Shown: one piece after another, positions 1 to 12,427 of the stretch
How the letters are laid out: each line of letters opens with the position of its first letter
Numbering within the stretch: the stretch's first letter is position 1
Assembly (NCBI RefSeq): GCF_004010195.1
Contig: NC_057714.1
Span: forward strand, 15,304,738-15,368,737
From: Chiloscyllium plagiosum
Lineage: Eukaryota
Reading direction: 5' to 3'
DNA: 64,000 nucleotides
The notes under the pieces: model-generated
Databases searched by the model: none
The model's input: only the letters and a program-made list of their open reading frames with translations
What the model was told of the DNA's origin: nothing
Program-made: the position numbers and the translations under genes

Positions 1-929
1 TATGGACGTCTTGAACTAGAAATGTGCCTGCTTAGTTAATCACAAACAGCATATTGAATTGCTCCTGAAAAACAAGTCAGGTCGAATTTGAGATAGTTTA
101 CCATTTTATTTATTGTTCCATTAAAAGCCAAAATTTTGCATGCTGAATATGAACAACTATAATGCTAGATGAGGTGAATAAAGTAATTTCTAAAATGGAA
201 TAGTAAACTTATCCCATCATAAATCCTGAAGTGTATTTTAACGTATCTGCTGTGGGGAGAAAGGTATGCTCTATGTTGTTTCTGTTAGGGCAGGGGTTGG
301 TGGCAGGCACTACTATGAGTTGATTTTTCTGTGCAGCTTATGTGATATTTTTCAATTACATCAACAGAAAATGGTGCATAGATTATGCATGTAGTGGCCT
401 GAGGTGCTGTTTGCCTCAGGGCATTGATGTAGCCTTCATAATGCCACTCAAATCAGCACTATGTGATCAAACTATACCACAATGAACATGGAAGGAGAGA
501 AAGGGGAGGCAACATAAGTCAGGAAATATGGAAAAAAAAACCTTTTCAGAAAATGGCAGAAACAAGTTTGATTAATAGATTTTTACATCTTTACTATTAA
601 AGATGTTAAAATATGCCAGTGCAGAAGATTTCATTAATGCATATACAGGGGGTGATTTTACCATAACAATGAGTGGGTTTGAAAATGAGTGGATGGTTCA
701 TAATGCTGAACATGACAGCAGGCCAGGAACCTCACACAAACTTTGCTGACTTTTTAATTTAACTGCAATGTATCCAATTTCATCCAAGAAACCCCTTTGA
801 AAGAGCTGGTTGTCAATTTAGATATGTTAAATGCTAGTTAATAACAATATTAACTGGGATTTCCAACTTTAACTAGCAAGTTGAGAGGGCAGTGGAAAAT
901 GACAGCTGACAGCAGAAAAACCTTTCATA

Positions 930-1690
930 AGCATTACATCTCATATATGGTTTCTTCCTGAACGAGAAGATTTTGTTGACAATGCTCATTCTGAATGCAT
1001 GCTTTTACTATCTTAGAGGCAATTTTCTCCTTTGTGGAGGTCACTTCTACTACTTTGGAGCGTTCCATGTCCGAGCTCCAAATTCCATCTGTCAAACGTG
1101 TGTCGAGGGAGATTTTGACTCCACACACATGGCACTCAAGGCAACCTTCAATCATCCATTTTTGTGAAGCATTCATTAACCACAAGGGCTGTCAATCTTG
1201 CAGTTTGCAGTTCATATGTAAACACACAAAAAAAATCTTCAAGCATTTGAGAGAAAGATGCCCAGGTAGCTGCGCTGGTGTTTTTAGCCTACATAAATTA
1301 ATTCACCCTGAGCGTGCCAAACCTTGAGACAGAGTCAGTCACTGACATCTTGAAAAGAAAGGTTACTCACTGAATATGTGACTGATGACACCCATTTGGA
1401 GTTCAAACCTCAAGGCCCAGAGTGACACAGTCGAAGCTACCTGGTCGAAAGAATATTCACTGAACAAACTTGCGTAACGCTGAAGATGAATCTTAGGTGC
1501 ATGGACAGATCCTAGGGTGCCCTTCAATATGTACCAGCTTGCAGACGAAAAATATTCATGGTGTGTTGAACATTTCCCAAATAACATAGCTGCCAGACTT
1601 GGGATGTGAAATTGAAAAGGTGCTGAGTGGGGCATCTCTACAGAAGAGAGTGAAGAGCGACAGGCAGAATTTTCCATTTTGAAATTAACA
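930..1690 (+). pseudogene. HARBI1-like (Harbinger DDE) transposase relic with frameshifts and stops
   Basis: Motifs across + frames: VEGDFDSTHMALKA (cf. VQGAIDCTHVAIKA), FINHKGCQSCSLQFIC..PGSC (cf. F.NRKG.HS.N.Q.VC..PGS.HD), KGYSLNM*LMTP (cf. KGYPL..WLMTP), LKMNLRCMDRS*GALQY (cf. LKMRFRCLDRSGGALQY). Confidence 0.85.
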
Positions 1691-1693
1691 TCT

Positions 1694-1954
1694 GGATTCC
1701 CATCTCAGGCAACTGTCTGTGTGGAGTTTGCACATTCTCTCTGTGTCTGCGTGGGTTTCCTCCGGGTGCTCCGGTTTCCTCCCACAGTCCAAAGATGTGC
1801 AGGTCAGGTGAATTGGCCATGCGAAATTGCCCGTAGTGTTAGGTGAAGAATGGGTCTGGGTGGGTACCTCTTCAGATGGTCAGTGTGGACTTGTTGAGCC
1901 AAAGGGCTTGTTTCCACACTGTATGTAATCTGAATCTGAATCTGAATCTGAATC
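1694..1954 (+). mobile_element. HE1-like V-SINE, 5'-truncated, (AATCTG)n tail
   Basis: V-domain GTGTGGAGTTTGCACATTCTC..GGGTTTCCTCCGGGTGCTCCGGTTTCCTCCCACAGTCCAAAGATGTGCAGG, followed by a HER1-like 3' end. Confidence 0.9.
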
Positions 1955-2254
1955 AAACACGTTGGATGGCATCATAACTGCCGCCATTACATTGGATGAG
2001 TTGTACCAAGTGACTATGTGCATTTCAGTTCATTATATATGCAGACGTAATGTTGCATGGGTGACTTGGCAAATTGTGTGACAAGCGAACTGAAAATTTT
2101 CACCATTGGAATCACCCTCTGAGGTCAAAAGTTCTGCTGCCAAATTTAGATGTCAGTTAGACAGCACCTCATTCACCACAAACCAAGAGCTTCCCTTCAT
2201 CCTGTGATTTTTTTCACCAGAGCCCACTAATGTCAGCCAAGAGAACTAAAATAG

Positions 2255-4100
2255 CTTCCCGCTTTATAGATTTGCCCTGCAGACACTGCTGGATGGAGTC
2301 ACAGTTGAAAGGACAACCTCTTTCCAGAGAATGGCACTAGGGTTCCATTCCAACGTCGAGCCTCCACAGAAATGGATATTGTAGTCATTGCCACTGGCCA
2401 CCACACTGACCACAGTGAAAAGTCAATGACCTCCTGCCCTCTGCAATGGTTAAGTGGCAGTATCCTCTTTTTGTTACTTTGCATTCACAGGGCCTTCACT
2501 CAGTCTAACCTTGCCATTGTGCAAGCATCACATCAAGCATGCAAACCTCAGCATTACACACGCACCTACCTCATCCTTACACGCTATTTATCTTTCCTGC
2601 CCTTTGTGCTTCCTGTTGACATCCCTTGGACTCCTCCTTACCTGGCATGTTAACACATGATCACCAATTGCTGCTGCATCCATTCCCAACATGTTTAATA
2701 CTTCATTGCAGGAAAAACTGGCACATAACTGGATAGAGAAGGCCAAGACTGATGAGGTAGTACTGGATAGTAAGCTCCTAACATTTCTGACGAAAGTGGA
2801 GTGGGATGGCTCAGTAGTTAGCACTGCTACCAGACAACTCAAAGGACCCAGGTTTGACTCCAGCGTCGGGCGACTGTGTGGAGTTTGAACATTCTCCTTG
2901 TGTCTGTGTGAGTTTCCTCCGGGTGCTCTGGTTTCCTCCAAAAATGTGCAGATAAGGTGGATTGGCCATGCTAAATTGCCCAAGGTGTCCAGGGATATGC
3001 AGGCCAGGTGGATTATCCTAGATAATGGAAAGCGTGAGATACAGGGATGGGGTGGGTCTAGGTGGTATGCTTTTTGGATGGTCAGTGTTGACTCAATGGG
3101 CCAAATGGCCTGCTTCCATACTATAGCCACTCTATAGTTCTATTGGAAGACAAGGACCATTCCTGCAGTGATAGAGAGGCACCAATGAACCAACAACTCA
3201 GTAAGTAACATTATGCTCTGCTTTTCTCAGTTAAGCACCATGTTTCACATATTATCACACATGTATTAACTATTCTCCATCTTCACCAACAAATTCTTTG
3301 TCCCCACTTCTGCAGGCACTCATTACCCACATTTTGTTAAAATGAAAGAGCCCTTCTGCACCATCACCACCATCTTCCTGCAGCAAGGTGTTCATCTGCA
3401 CCCACCACCAACACACCTCCAAGGGTGGAATAGTTAAAGTAGACTCGAGGACGCAGTCTGGTGAGCACATCAGTGACACATATTCACAGTCAGTGGAGAA
3501 AGAAATATCCAAGGTCCCTGCCACTCAAAGGACCGCTGGAGATTTGGCCCCAGGGCAGAAGATGAGCTCCTGTTCTTGGCCATAAGTGGCATAGTTAACA
3601 TGCAAGGAGAGACACTGGAAGATCATCATATAAGTGCCAACGGTCCTCAAGAAAAGGTGGAACAATCCATTCACATTTGCATGTTGGTGCCGTAATCAAC
3701 ATACCAGAGCTTGGCTGTCTCTGTGAAAAAGAAGGTGGTTGTCTTGAGACCTAGGTCCAGCTGTGCATTCATTGGCTGCTGGAGATGCACTTAACCCTGT
3801 AGTTCATTGCTATAGCCATAGGTGCTCAACATCAATGGTGAAACAAAGTTGGGGCAAGGCACTTTGACCTCTCTCCCACTGCCCCATCTTGTCAAGCAGA
3901 GAAGCAGGCACCCATAGAAGCAGTAGTAACAGACTAACAATACAGGAGCTTCAGTTTCCAACATCCCAAAGGTGCTCTGCTCCAAGGAGCCATAAGAGAT
4001 GCCTGCACAAGTCCTATAAGTCAACATGGTGTACCATTTAGGCAGGTCCCTTCATCCCAGTCAGGCCGAGACCTAGACATTGTAGGAACCACAGAGAAAA
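2255..4100 (+). pseudogene. Harbinger Myb/SANT-like DNA-binding gene relic (spliced; exon 2 split by HE1)
   Basis: Frameshifted ASRFID..LQTLLDGV...DNLFPENG...KVNDLL. Acceptor TTCATTGCAG at 2710 is followed by EKLAHNWIEKAKTDEVVLDSKLLT (cf. EK.AHN.RER..TGGG....LT). Donor GTAAGT at 3201. The 3' limit is approximate. Confidence 0.75.
2799..3143 (+). mobile_element. HE1-like V-SINE, full length, diverged
   Basis: tRNA-like head (A box TGGCTCAGTAGTTAG, B box GGTTTGACTCC), V-domain and HER1-like tail. Confidence 0.9.
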
Positions 4101-5061
4101 AAGTCTGAAGGCACATCTCTTGTACAGACGTTTAACACTTGTACATATTTATCTCACACTATTATCACAACTGCTGTAGTCTTATTATCCCAATCAGAGT
4201 TGGTAAAATGATCTAATGTGAAAGATGTAGAACATCTTCAACCAACAAAGTGATTTGCTGCACTTCAATCACTAAACCTCAGTACCCTCCTCCCATAAGC
4301 AAAGCTGGTTATTGGAGATGACCTCATCCTTAGGGAACCAAAAATCTATACTAGAGGATTATAGTCAAAGTAAAGCAGATGTTTGCTGGAGCCACTGACA
4401 GTAATGGTAAAATCTAAGAGAGGAGCTAGGGCTTGGGATACCTAATTGGTAGATATCACATATGCACAGGGTGGAATTTAACATGTTTCAATAAGCTGCA
4501 CTGGGGAGAGGTCAGTTACACGTCTGAGATTGCCAAAGGCACTCAACAGCATCTAAGCATGTGAGGTGGCAGATTGGCTTAATGTCAACTCACTGACAGA
4601 GTGGAATGCAATTGAGGGAACAGATCCACAATTCACAATCCATAGTGTTGGAAGTATTATGCAGGTACTGTAAAGGTATTGCGATGGCCTATTGCATTTT
4701 GCAAGTTTGCAGGGATAACGAGGGTGTTAGGCACCTAACAAGAAATCTCAAGATGTGGAACAATTTGGTAGATCTCATCAAGGAGTAGACTGCCTAATGC
4801 CGAATGGATCAGTACTTGGAACTACAATGTTGTGACCATAACAGAGACATGGGTTTCACAGGGGCAGGAGTAGTTGCTGAATGTTCCAGGATCTAGATCT
4901 TTTAAAAAGAACAGGGAAGTAGCATTGTTAATTAGAGAGTGCATCACAGCTTCAGAAAAGGAGCTTATTGAGGAGGGTTTGTCTACTAACCCAGTAAGGG
5001 TGGAAGTAAGTAACAGGAAAAGAGTAGTCACTTTATTGGGTATTCTCTTTATTGGATATTA

Positions 5062-5773
5062 TGGAGGGCATCGTCGATCACGTCTGGGGGGAAATTGCAT
5101 CCACCGCATCTCCTCCACTTCCCGCTTCTCTGCCCTTGAGCCCCGCCCCTCCAATCGCCACCAGAACAGAACCCCACTGATCCTCACTTACCACCCCACC
5201 AACCTCCATATACAGCGTATCATCCGTCGTCATTTCTGCCACCTCCAAATGGACCCCACCACCAGGGATCAACACTACAACTCCCCCTCCCACTCCACCA
5301 AGGACATGCAGGTCCTTGGACTCCTCCATCGCCAGACCATAGCAACACGACAGTTGGAGGAAGAGCACCTCATCTTCCGCCTAGGAACCCTCCAACCACA
5401 AGGGATGAACTCAGATCTCTCCAGTTTCCTCATTTCCCCTCCCCCCACCTTGTCTCAGTCAAATCCCTCGAATTCAGAACCACCTTCCTAACTTGCAATC
5501 TTCTTCCTGACCTCTCCGCCCCCATCCTCACTCTGGCCTATCACTCTCACCTTGACATCCTTCCACCTATCGCATTTCCGACGCCCGTCCCCCAAGTCCC
5601 TCCTCCCTACCTTTTATCTTAGCCTGTTGGGCACACTTTCCTCATTCCTGAAGAAGGGCTCATGCCCGAAACGTCGATTCTCCTGCTCCTTGGATGCTGC
5701 CTGACCTGCTGTGCTTTTCCAGCAACACATTTTCAGCTCTGATCTCCAGCATCTGCAGTCCTCACTTTCTCCT
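5062..5773 (+). mobile_element. Penelope-like element 3' part (internally deleted ORF end + pseudo-LTR) with 5' micro-inversion
   Basis: PLILTYHP...IIRRHF joined to HYNSPSHS..DMQVLGL...LEEEHLIFRLGTLQPQGMN (GIY-YIG C-terminus), then a C-rich 3' UTR and a pseudo-LTR (pLTR) ending CAGCATCTGCAGTCCTCACTTTCTCC. Confidence 0.88.
5643..5680 (+). ncRNA. Minimal type I hammerhead ribozyme motif in Penelope pLTR
   Basis: CTGAAGA-A-GGGC(TCAT)GCCC-GAAA-C-GTC: intact core, stem II, palindromic ACGT stem III and GUC cleavage triplet. Confidence 0.8.
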
Positions 5774-6112
5774 CAAGCAGTGGATGTAGAGTATATGGAT
5801 TTCAGTAAGGCATTTGGTAAAGTTCCCCATGGTAAACTTATTCAGAAGATTAGGAGCTGTGGGATACAGGGAAATTTGGCTCTCTGGGTACAGAATTGGC
5901 TGGCTGAAAGAAGACAGCGAGCGGTAGTAGTTGAAGGCATTCCACTTGGAGGGCAGGGACCAGTGGTAACCCGCAGGATTCTGTTCTTGGGCCTCTGCCT
6001 TTTGTAGTTTTTATAAATAACTTGAATGAAGAAGTGGAAGAGTGGGTTTGTAAGTTTGCTGATGACACAAGCTTGGTGGTGTTGTAGATCCTGTTGAGGG
6101 TTGTTGCAGGCT

Positions 6113-6381
6113 ATCACTGCTCCCTACCACCAACTGGATTCATTGCTCCATTGACCAACCAGGTCGTACCCTCTGCCTGACTTCACCTATCCCCACTTCA
6201 CCACCCTGCCCCCATCTCCCCCTATATCTGCGGCTCCCCCCACACCCACCCCCAGTCCTGAAGAAGGGTTACACCTGAAACATCGACTTCTGAACCTCCT
6301 GATGCTGCCTGGCTTGCTGTGTTCTTTCAGCCTCCTGCCTGTCTACCTTGGATTCCAGCATCTGCAGTTTATTTTATCTCT
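6113..6381 (+). mobile_element. Penelope-like 3' UTR/pLTR (second subfamily) with hammerhead motif
   Basis: AGTC-CTGAAGA-AGGGT(TAC)ACCT-GAAA-CATC-GACT at 6254-6288, with stem I AGTC/GACT. It interrupts the CR1 RT. Confidence 0.8.
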
Positions 6382-7249
6382 CACAAGAAGACATTGACAG
6401 GATGCAGAGCTGAACCCAGATGTGGCAGGTGGAGTACAACCTGGATAAATGCAAGTGATTCCTTTGGAAGGTCAAATTTGAATGCTGAATACAAGGTTAA
6501 AGACAAGATTCTTGGCAATATGGAGAGACAGCAGGATCTTGGGGTCCACGTGCATAGGTCCCTCAAATTTGCCACCAAAGTTGATAAGGTTTTTAAGAAG
6601 ATGTATGGTGTTTTGGCTTTCATTAACAGGGGAATTGAGTTTAAGAACCATGAGGTTTTACTGCAGCTCTATAAACCCTGGTTAGACCACACTTGGAATA
6701 TTGTGTCCAGTTCTGGTCGCCTCATTATAGGAAGGATGTTGAAGCTTTGTTGAAGGGTGCAGAGGGGATTTACTAGGATGCTGCTTGAATTGAAGGGATT
6801 GTCTAATGAAGAGAGGTTGAGTGAGCTCAGGCTTTTCAATCTAAAGAGAAGAAGGAAGAGAGATGACTTAATAGAGGTGTACAAGGTAATGAGAGACATA
6901 GGTAAGAGTAGATGGCCAGAGACATTTCCCCAGGGCAGAAATGGCTGTCACGAGGAATCATAATTTTAAGGTGATTGGAGGAAGGTATAGGGGAGGTGTC
7001 AGAGGCAGGTTCTCTATGCAGTGGGTGTATGGACTGCACTGCCAGCTGTGGTAGTAGAATCAGAGACATTAGGGACATTTAAACAACTGCTGAACAAGCA
7101 CACGGATGACAGTAAATTGAGGGGTGTATAGGTTAGGTTGAGTTTAGATTAAGATAAATGCTTGGCACAACATTGTGGGCTGAAGAGCCTGTACTGTGCT
7201 GTACTGTTCCATGTTCTATGTGATTCAACAATGATAGACTCGCCAACTT

Positions 7250-7398
7250 TCAGGACATTTAAATGCTTATAGGATAGACATATGGACGAAAATGGAATAT
7301 TGTAAGTTAGTTGGGCTTCGGATTGGTTTCATAGGTTGGCGCAACGTTGCTGGCTGAAGGACCTGTACTACATTGTAATGTTCTATGTTCTATGTTCT
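7250..7398 (+). mobile_element. Additional CR1 3'-end fragment
   Basis: GGACATTTAAA...GGCTGAAGGACCTGTACT...(ATGTTCT)n tail, similar to 7073-7220. Confidence 0.7.
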
Positions 7399-8084
7399 AA
7401 TTGGGTTTTGATGCCAGGGCTGTTTCAGTGTGAATCTCTAGGAGAACAAGGTCATAGAAGTGCTATCTATATCACAGCTACTTTAGTGCTAATGTTAGTT
7501 CAAGCAACTTTGTGCAGACACCAAAACATTTACAGAGGTGAGGATATCTGAATCATGAGTGAAAATAAGTCAATGTTTTATCTGAAGAGATCAATCAAAT
7601 GGAAAAATAACTCAGTCCTTGAGGAATGTTGAATGCACCGAGTAGATGGTTGAGAATTAACTGCACCGATGAAATATGAACATGCATGTAAAATGTCTCA
7701 GTCCAATTCAATCATCCTGGATGCAGGTCACTGTAAGGTGCTTTCTGGTCTCTCAAGCTCTCTGAAAATTCCCCTGTCTTTCTCTCTTTGAAGATCTTCA
7801 CTCTCATCATCCCTGCTGAAGTTTTCCTCTCCCACTTGCATTTCAGAGCCATCATATCCCTACTTTAGCAACTCAGATTGTAGAGAGCGTGGCACACTCC
7901 TATGAAGATTTATAGGAAGTGGAATATTGGAGTGGCTGGTAAGAAGTAACTTATAATAGCCAATTGGTGTGTAATAACACTAAGTTGCAACTCAAACGTC
8001 CATGCAAAGTCTGCAATAGCTGTCAGTATGATGGAAGCTGTTTCAGATAGTTAGAAAACTGACAACGACCTGACGATATAAAAT

Positions 8085-8830
8085 ATTGCCTGTGTGTGTC
8101 CTGTGCACAAATGGCAAGAGAAGTTCAAACTAATTGATTACTGTCTCATCAGCATTATCTTAATCATGAGCAACTTAATAGAAGGTGTCATTGACAGTAC
8201 TGTCAAATGGAGCCTATCTAAGAATAACCTGCTCAATGTGAGTTCTGCTAGCTCTAACTCATGTTCCAGCTTTGGTCCAAACTTAAACGGTGAAGAACTG
8301 AACTCAAGTTGACCTGAAATTGACTGCTCTTTCATGTGATCATGTGCAGCATCAAGGAGCCCAAATAAATTTTAATTCGATGGGAATCAGGGGAAATTAA
8401 TGTGATTTAAAGTAGAAATGAGAAAGATCATTAAAGGAAGATGAAAAAGAAGTCAGTCTCTATTATTATATCAGCCCAGTTATCCTTGCTTTTTTTTGTT
8501 CTGAAGGTAAGGGGATGAATGTTTGAATTCAGATGCAACAGCGATGATGGTTTCCATCGTTGAAAAGCTTGAGGTTGTTCCCACAGATGATCTGAGCAGA
8601 ACTGGTCCCGCAAGTTCCCCTCAAGTCCAAACACCACCCTGACTTGGAACTATATTGCTGTTCTCGAATTGTCAATGTTTCAAATTTTTGGAAGTTCTTT
8701 CTAATCAGCAATGTGCCTATTCCACAGGGACTGCTGTGGTTCAAAGAAAGCAGCTCAACACCATTTTCAAAGGACAATAAGGAATCATTGAAAATACTGG
8801 CCTCGCTAGCAGTGCTCATGTCCTAATAAT
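8085..8830 (+). mobile_element. Old CR1/L2-group LINE fragments (RT start and 3' end)
   Basis: PVHKWQEKFKLIDYCLISIILIMSNLIEGVI (cf. PVHKK..KS.P.NYRPISLLSIISKVMEG). The 3' end at 8620-8830 resembles the reverse of 23100-23290. Confidence 0.6.
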
Positions 8831-8849
8831 GTTCACATCCATGTTGCTG

Positions 8850-11430
8850 TGGCTGCTAGCAGTTACTCCTGCCAGGAGATCTGCAGTCATTGTATACCAT
8901 CTCTCTATCTTGTACCAACCCACCCACCCTTCCACCACCAATCCATTGTAGCTTATCTGCGACGTCCATTATCCAACTCATTCTTGGTGAATGTCTCTTC
9001 TTATTGTATCCAGGTTGCTTCTAAAACAGGTCTTTGTAGCTCTCCAGGTCTGATCGAGTTTCCAAAATTTATTAAACTGAATCTAGTTCTCTGCATAATT
9101 GACCGATGTATCGGTTGAATAATTTTGATGCTGATACATAGCCTTGTTGTTCTTCTGTCTTCATTTGAAAAATGTACGAATGTGCCTTTTCTGGCTTGAT
9201 GTTCATTATTTAATCCTAAATATAGACTATGCACGAATCTCACATCTTTATTGTCAATGTTATCGATCAATGTTTTGGTGATAAATATGAATGAACATTT
9301 TCTCATAGCTGAAAAGCATTTGCAAATGGTCTTGTTTATTTTTAGACATTTATTGAAGAATGTTCTTACATTAAATATTCCATCTCTAGTTTATATTCTA
9401 GGTTTAAATCCAGACTTCATTTAATCAATCCCTACTTCAAATGTGTTCTTTCTTTCTACTACGAGTTTCAAGATCACTTTAAAGAGAACACTCATTAAGC
9501 TTATTGCTCTAAACTGAGTGTACTCCACTGCCTTAGTTTTCTTGGTAACTTCATGATTGTCTCAAGTCACTTGGAATATTTAGTGTATATTTGATCATAA
9601 ACAGCTCTCATCATTCTGTATCTTTAAGGGATTTTAGATTTTCTGTTGTTACTTTATCTATGGCTGGCTATTTACCCGTACTCATCAATTTCAAAGTATT
9701 CTTTATCTCTGATCTTACAATATTTGGTCCATCATTTGCATTTGTTTCTATACATTGAGGACTCCCTCATTTTGGATCACCCTACTGCTCACTTACATTT
9801 TCTGTCCATGTTTTCGCGAATTCATCCCGTTAAACACTTGTTTTTGCATCCACGTCTTTTATATGTCTGTTGTTATCCCTCTTTTTATATCTGTCAATGA
9901 TTTCACCTCATGACATGTGAACTCTAATTTTGTAGTTGTTTTCCAACTCCAATACTGCATCATAGAGATTTTCAGCACAAAAACAGATCCTTTGGTCCAA
10001 CTCATCCATGCTGACCTATCATGTATCTCATCATACCAGTTCTCTTTAGCCTGCCCAGATGCATTCTTCATTTTCTTTTCAATTTTATTATATTTAGGAA
10101 TCATCATTGCTAGTATCTCATCGGTCATCCGCTCCTTAGATTGTCCATTTCTTTCTTCCTATTTTCCTTTGCAACGTATTGTAAACTCTCAAGTTTTTTT
10201 TTATTTATTTCTAATTCTCATTCAGAGGTCACTGATTCTTCAATTCTGAGACACTTATTTTTGTTTGATTCTTTAACAATTATCTTAATGATCACACATC
10301 TCTTTTTTAGCTTTGATATTTTCAATTTCAACTTAACTTTTGCCACAAGGAGACAATGATCGGAATTTATGCCTGTGCTGGGATACGTATGAATATATTT
10401 TATGCTGATCCAAAAAGCTGTTTTGCACTCACATATTCTATCTGATATCTATGCACATGACTTGTAATTTTCAGTCTTCGTTTTTGGCTGCTTACAAAAT
10501 GTCTTTAACGCAATCAAATAATCATCTTGCCTAAATTACATCAACCTATCTCCTTTTTCACATTTTAAACTCCAAAACCCCATGACAGAGGTTTATAAAA
10601 TCATGAGGGGCATGGATAGGATAAACAAAGTCTTTTCCCTGGGGTGGGGGAGTCCAGAACTAGAGGGCATACATTTAGGGTGAGAGAAGAAAGATATAAA
10701 TGGGACCTGAGGGGCAACTTTTCACACAGAGGGTGGTATGAGTATGGAATGAGCTACCAGAGGCTGGTACAATTGCAACAGTTAAAAGGCATCTGGATGG
10801 GTATATGAATAGGAAGGGTTTGGAGGGATATGGGCCAAGTGCTGGTAGGTGGGACTAAATTGGGTTGGGATATCTGGTTGGCATGGACGAGTTGGACCGA
10901 AGGGTCTGTTTCCTTGCTGTACATCTCTATGACTCTATGGCTGTATGACTGATAAGCATTCTTGATGTTGAGGTTGATGTTAATGTTTAGTTTGCACATT
11001 GCATTTCTCACATTGGTTGACCATGATGTCACTATAAAATGCATCTGTTTTCTGCTCAGTGATCTTGTGCTGGGGCATATGTGTGTATGACAACCAGATC
11101 ACAGGGAGCTCTTCATCATGATCACCCTTTGTAAGATTGCACTGAAACCTTGAACTGAACCTGTTTATCTTTTGTTAACAAGGATTTCTAACTTCACTCC
11201 CATGCTTCTCATCTTCTGAGAAGGACAGTCCATAATTCTTCTTTCTTACCTGACCAGATTCTAATTTTACTTCTGCACGTGTTAATAAGTCAACTCAGTG
11301 ACCTTTTATTAAAATTATTGAACGCTTTCCCGAAATAAAATCTTTATATTTCCTGTTCCTGTTTTCAAGAAGCTATGCTTTACATTGAGTATAATGGGCT
11401 CTGAGGCTGATGTCTCTTAAAAGTTTAGAT
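8850..11430 (-). mobile_element. Ancient RTE-clade LINE relic (APE endonuclease to C-terminus, internally deleted), with nested HER1 pieces
   Basis: Minus-strand motifs: HTYAPAQDH...DAFYSD (cf. QVYAPT..H...E.FY), MTDEILAMM...AKENW, IDNKDVRFVHSLY, QQGYVSASKLFNRY (cf. RQGC.LSP.LFN.Y), and C-terminal PRMSWIMDV...LVQDRE. Confidence 0.75.
10583..10950 (+). mobile_element. HER1/CR1 LINE 3' end
   Basis: EVYKIMRGMDR...RTRGH...FTQRVV.VWN; ends CATCTCTATGACTCTATG. Confidence 0.9.
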
Positions 11431-11436
11431 CAAATT

Positions 11437-12427
11437 AGAGTCATAGAGTCATAGAGATGTACAGCATGGAAACAGACGCTTTGGTCCAACCCGTCCATGC
11501 CGACCAGATATCCAAACCCAATCTAGTCCCACCTGCCAGCACCCAGCCCATATCCCTCCAAACCCTTCCTATTCATATACCCATCCAAATGCCTCTTAAA
11601 TGTTGCAATTGTACCAGCCTCCACCACATTCTCTGGAAGCTCATTCCATACACGTACCACCCTCTGTGTGAAAAAGTTGCCCCTTAGATCGCTTTTATAT
11701 CTTGCCCCTCTCACCCTGAACCTATGTCCTCTAGTTCTGGACTCCCCCATCCCAGGGAAAAGACTTTGCCTACTTATGCTATCCATGCCCCTCATAATTT
11801 TGTAAACTTCTGTAAGGTCACCCCTCAGCCTCCGACACTCCAGGGAAAACAGCCCCAGCCTGTTCAGCCTCTCCCTGTAGCTCAGATCCTCCAACCCTGG
11901 CAACATCCTTGTANNNNNNNNNNNNNNNNNNNNNNNNNNNNNNNNNNNNNNNNNNNNNNNNNNNNNNNNNNNNNNNNNNNNNNNNNNNNNNNNNNNNNNN
12001 NNNNNNNNNNNNNNNNNNNNNNNNNNNNNNNNNNNNNNNNNNNNNNNNNNNNNNNNNNNNNNNNNNNNNNNNNNNNNNNNNNNNNNNNNNNNNNNNNCAT
12101 TTATCTGAATTAAACTCCATCTGCCACTTCTCAGCCCATTGGCCCATCTGGTCCAGATCCTGTTGTAATCTGAGGTAACCCTCTTCGCTGTCCTCTACAC
12201 CTCCAATTTTGGTGTCATCTGCAAACTTATTAAATGTACATCTTATGCTCGCATCCAAATCATATATGTAAATGATAAAAAGTAGAGGTGCCAGCACCAA
12301 TCCTTGTGGCACTCCACTGGTCACAGGCCTCCAGTCTGAAAAACAACCCTCCACCACCACCCTCTGTCTTCTACCTTTGAGCCAGTTCTGTATCCAAATG
12401 GCTAGTTCTCCCTGTATTCCATGAGAT
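11437..12427 (-). mobile_element. HER1/CR1 LINE 3' ~1 kb (RT), spanning an assembly gap
   Basis: ORFs 11818-12531 (SGVPQGLVL..FADDTK..LQQDLD) and 11523-11906 (YRERL..RTRGH). (CATAGAGT)n tail at 11437. Confidence 0.92.
11914..12097. other. Assembly gap (N run)
   Basis: Run of n. Confidence 1.

Larger units (their letters stand above)
648..4419 (+). mobile_element. Degenerate autonomous-type PIF/Harbinger DNA transposon (transposase + Myb/SANT gene) with TIRs, carrying two HE1 insertions
   Basis: Inverted repeats GATTTTACCATAACAATGAGTGG (654-676) and CCACTGACAGTAATGGTAAAATC (4392-4414) match at 19/23. They enclose HARBI1-like and Myb/SANT-like relics. Confidence 0.75.
4790..7220 (+). mobile_element. 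CR1-clade LINE relic (endonuclease, RT, 3' end) interrupted by two Penelope-like insertions
   Basis: Endonuclease motif ITETW...LNVPG...VALLIRE (4810-5045). RT motifs YMDFSKAFGKVPH, WLAERRQR and KFADDT (5776-6110). DLGVHVH and GIEFK (6382-6900). (GTTCTAT) tail near 7220. Confidence 0.85.

Noticed and set aside
4874-5491. 205-aa ORF appearing to fuse an APE endonuclease with a GIY-YIG C-terminus
   Set aside because: Chance read-through from a decayed CR1 into an inserted, internally deleted Penelope. Catalytic parts of both are missing and an in-frame stop lies just upstream.
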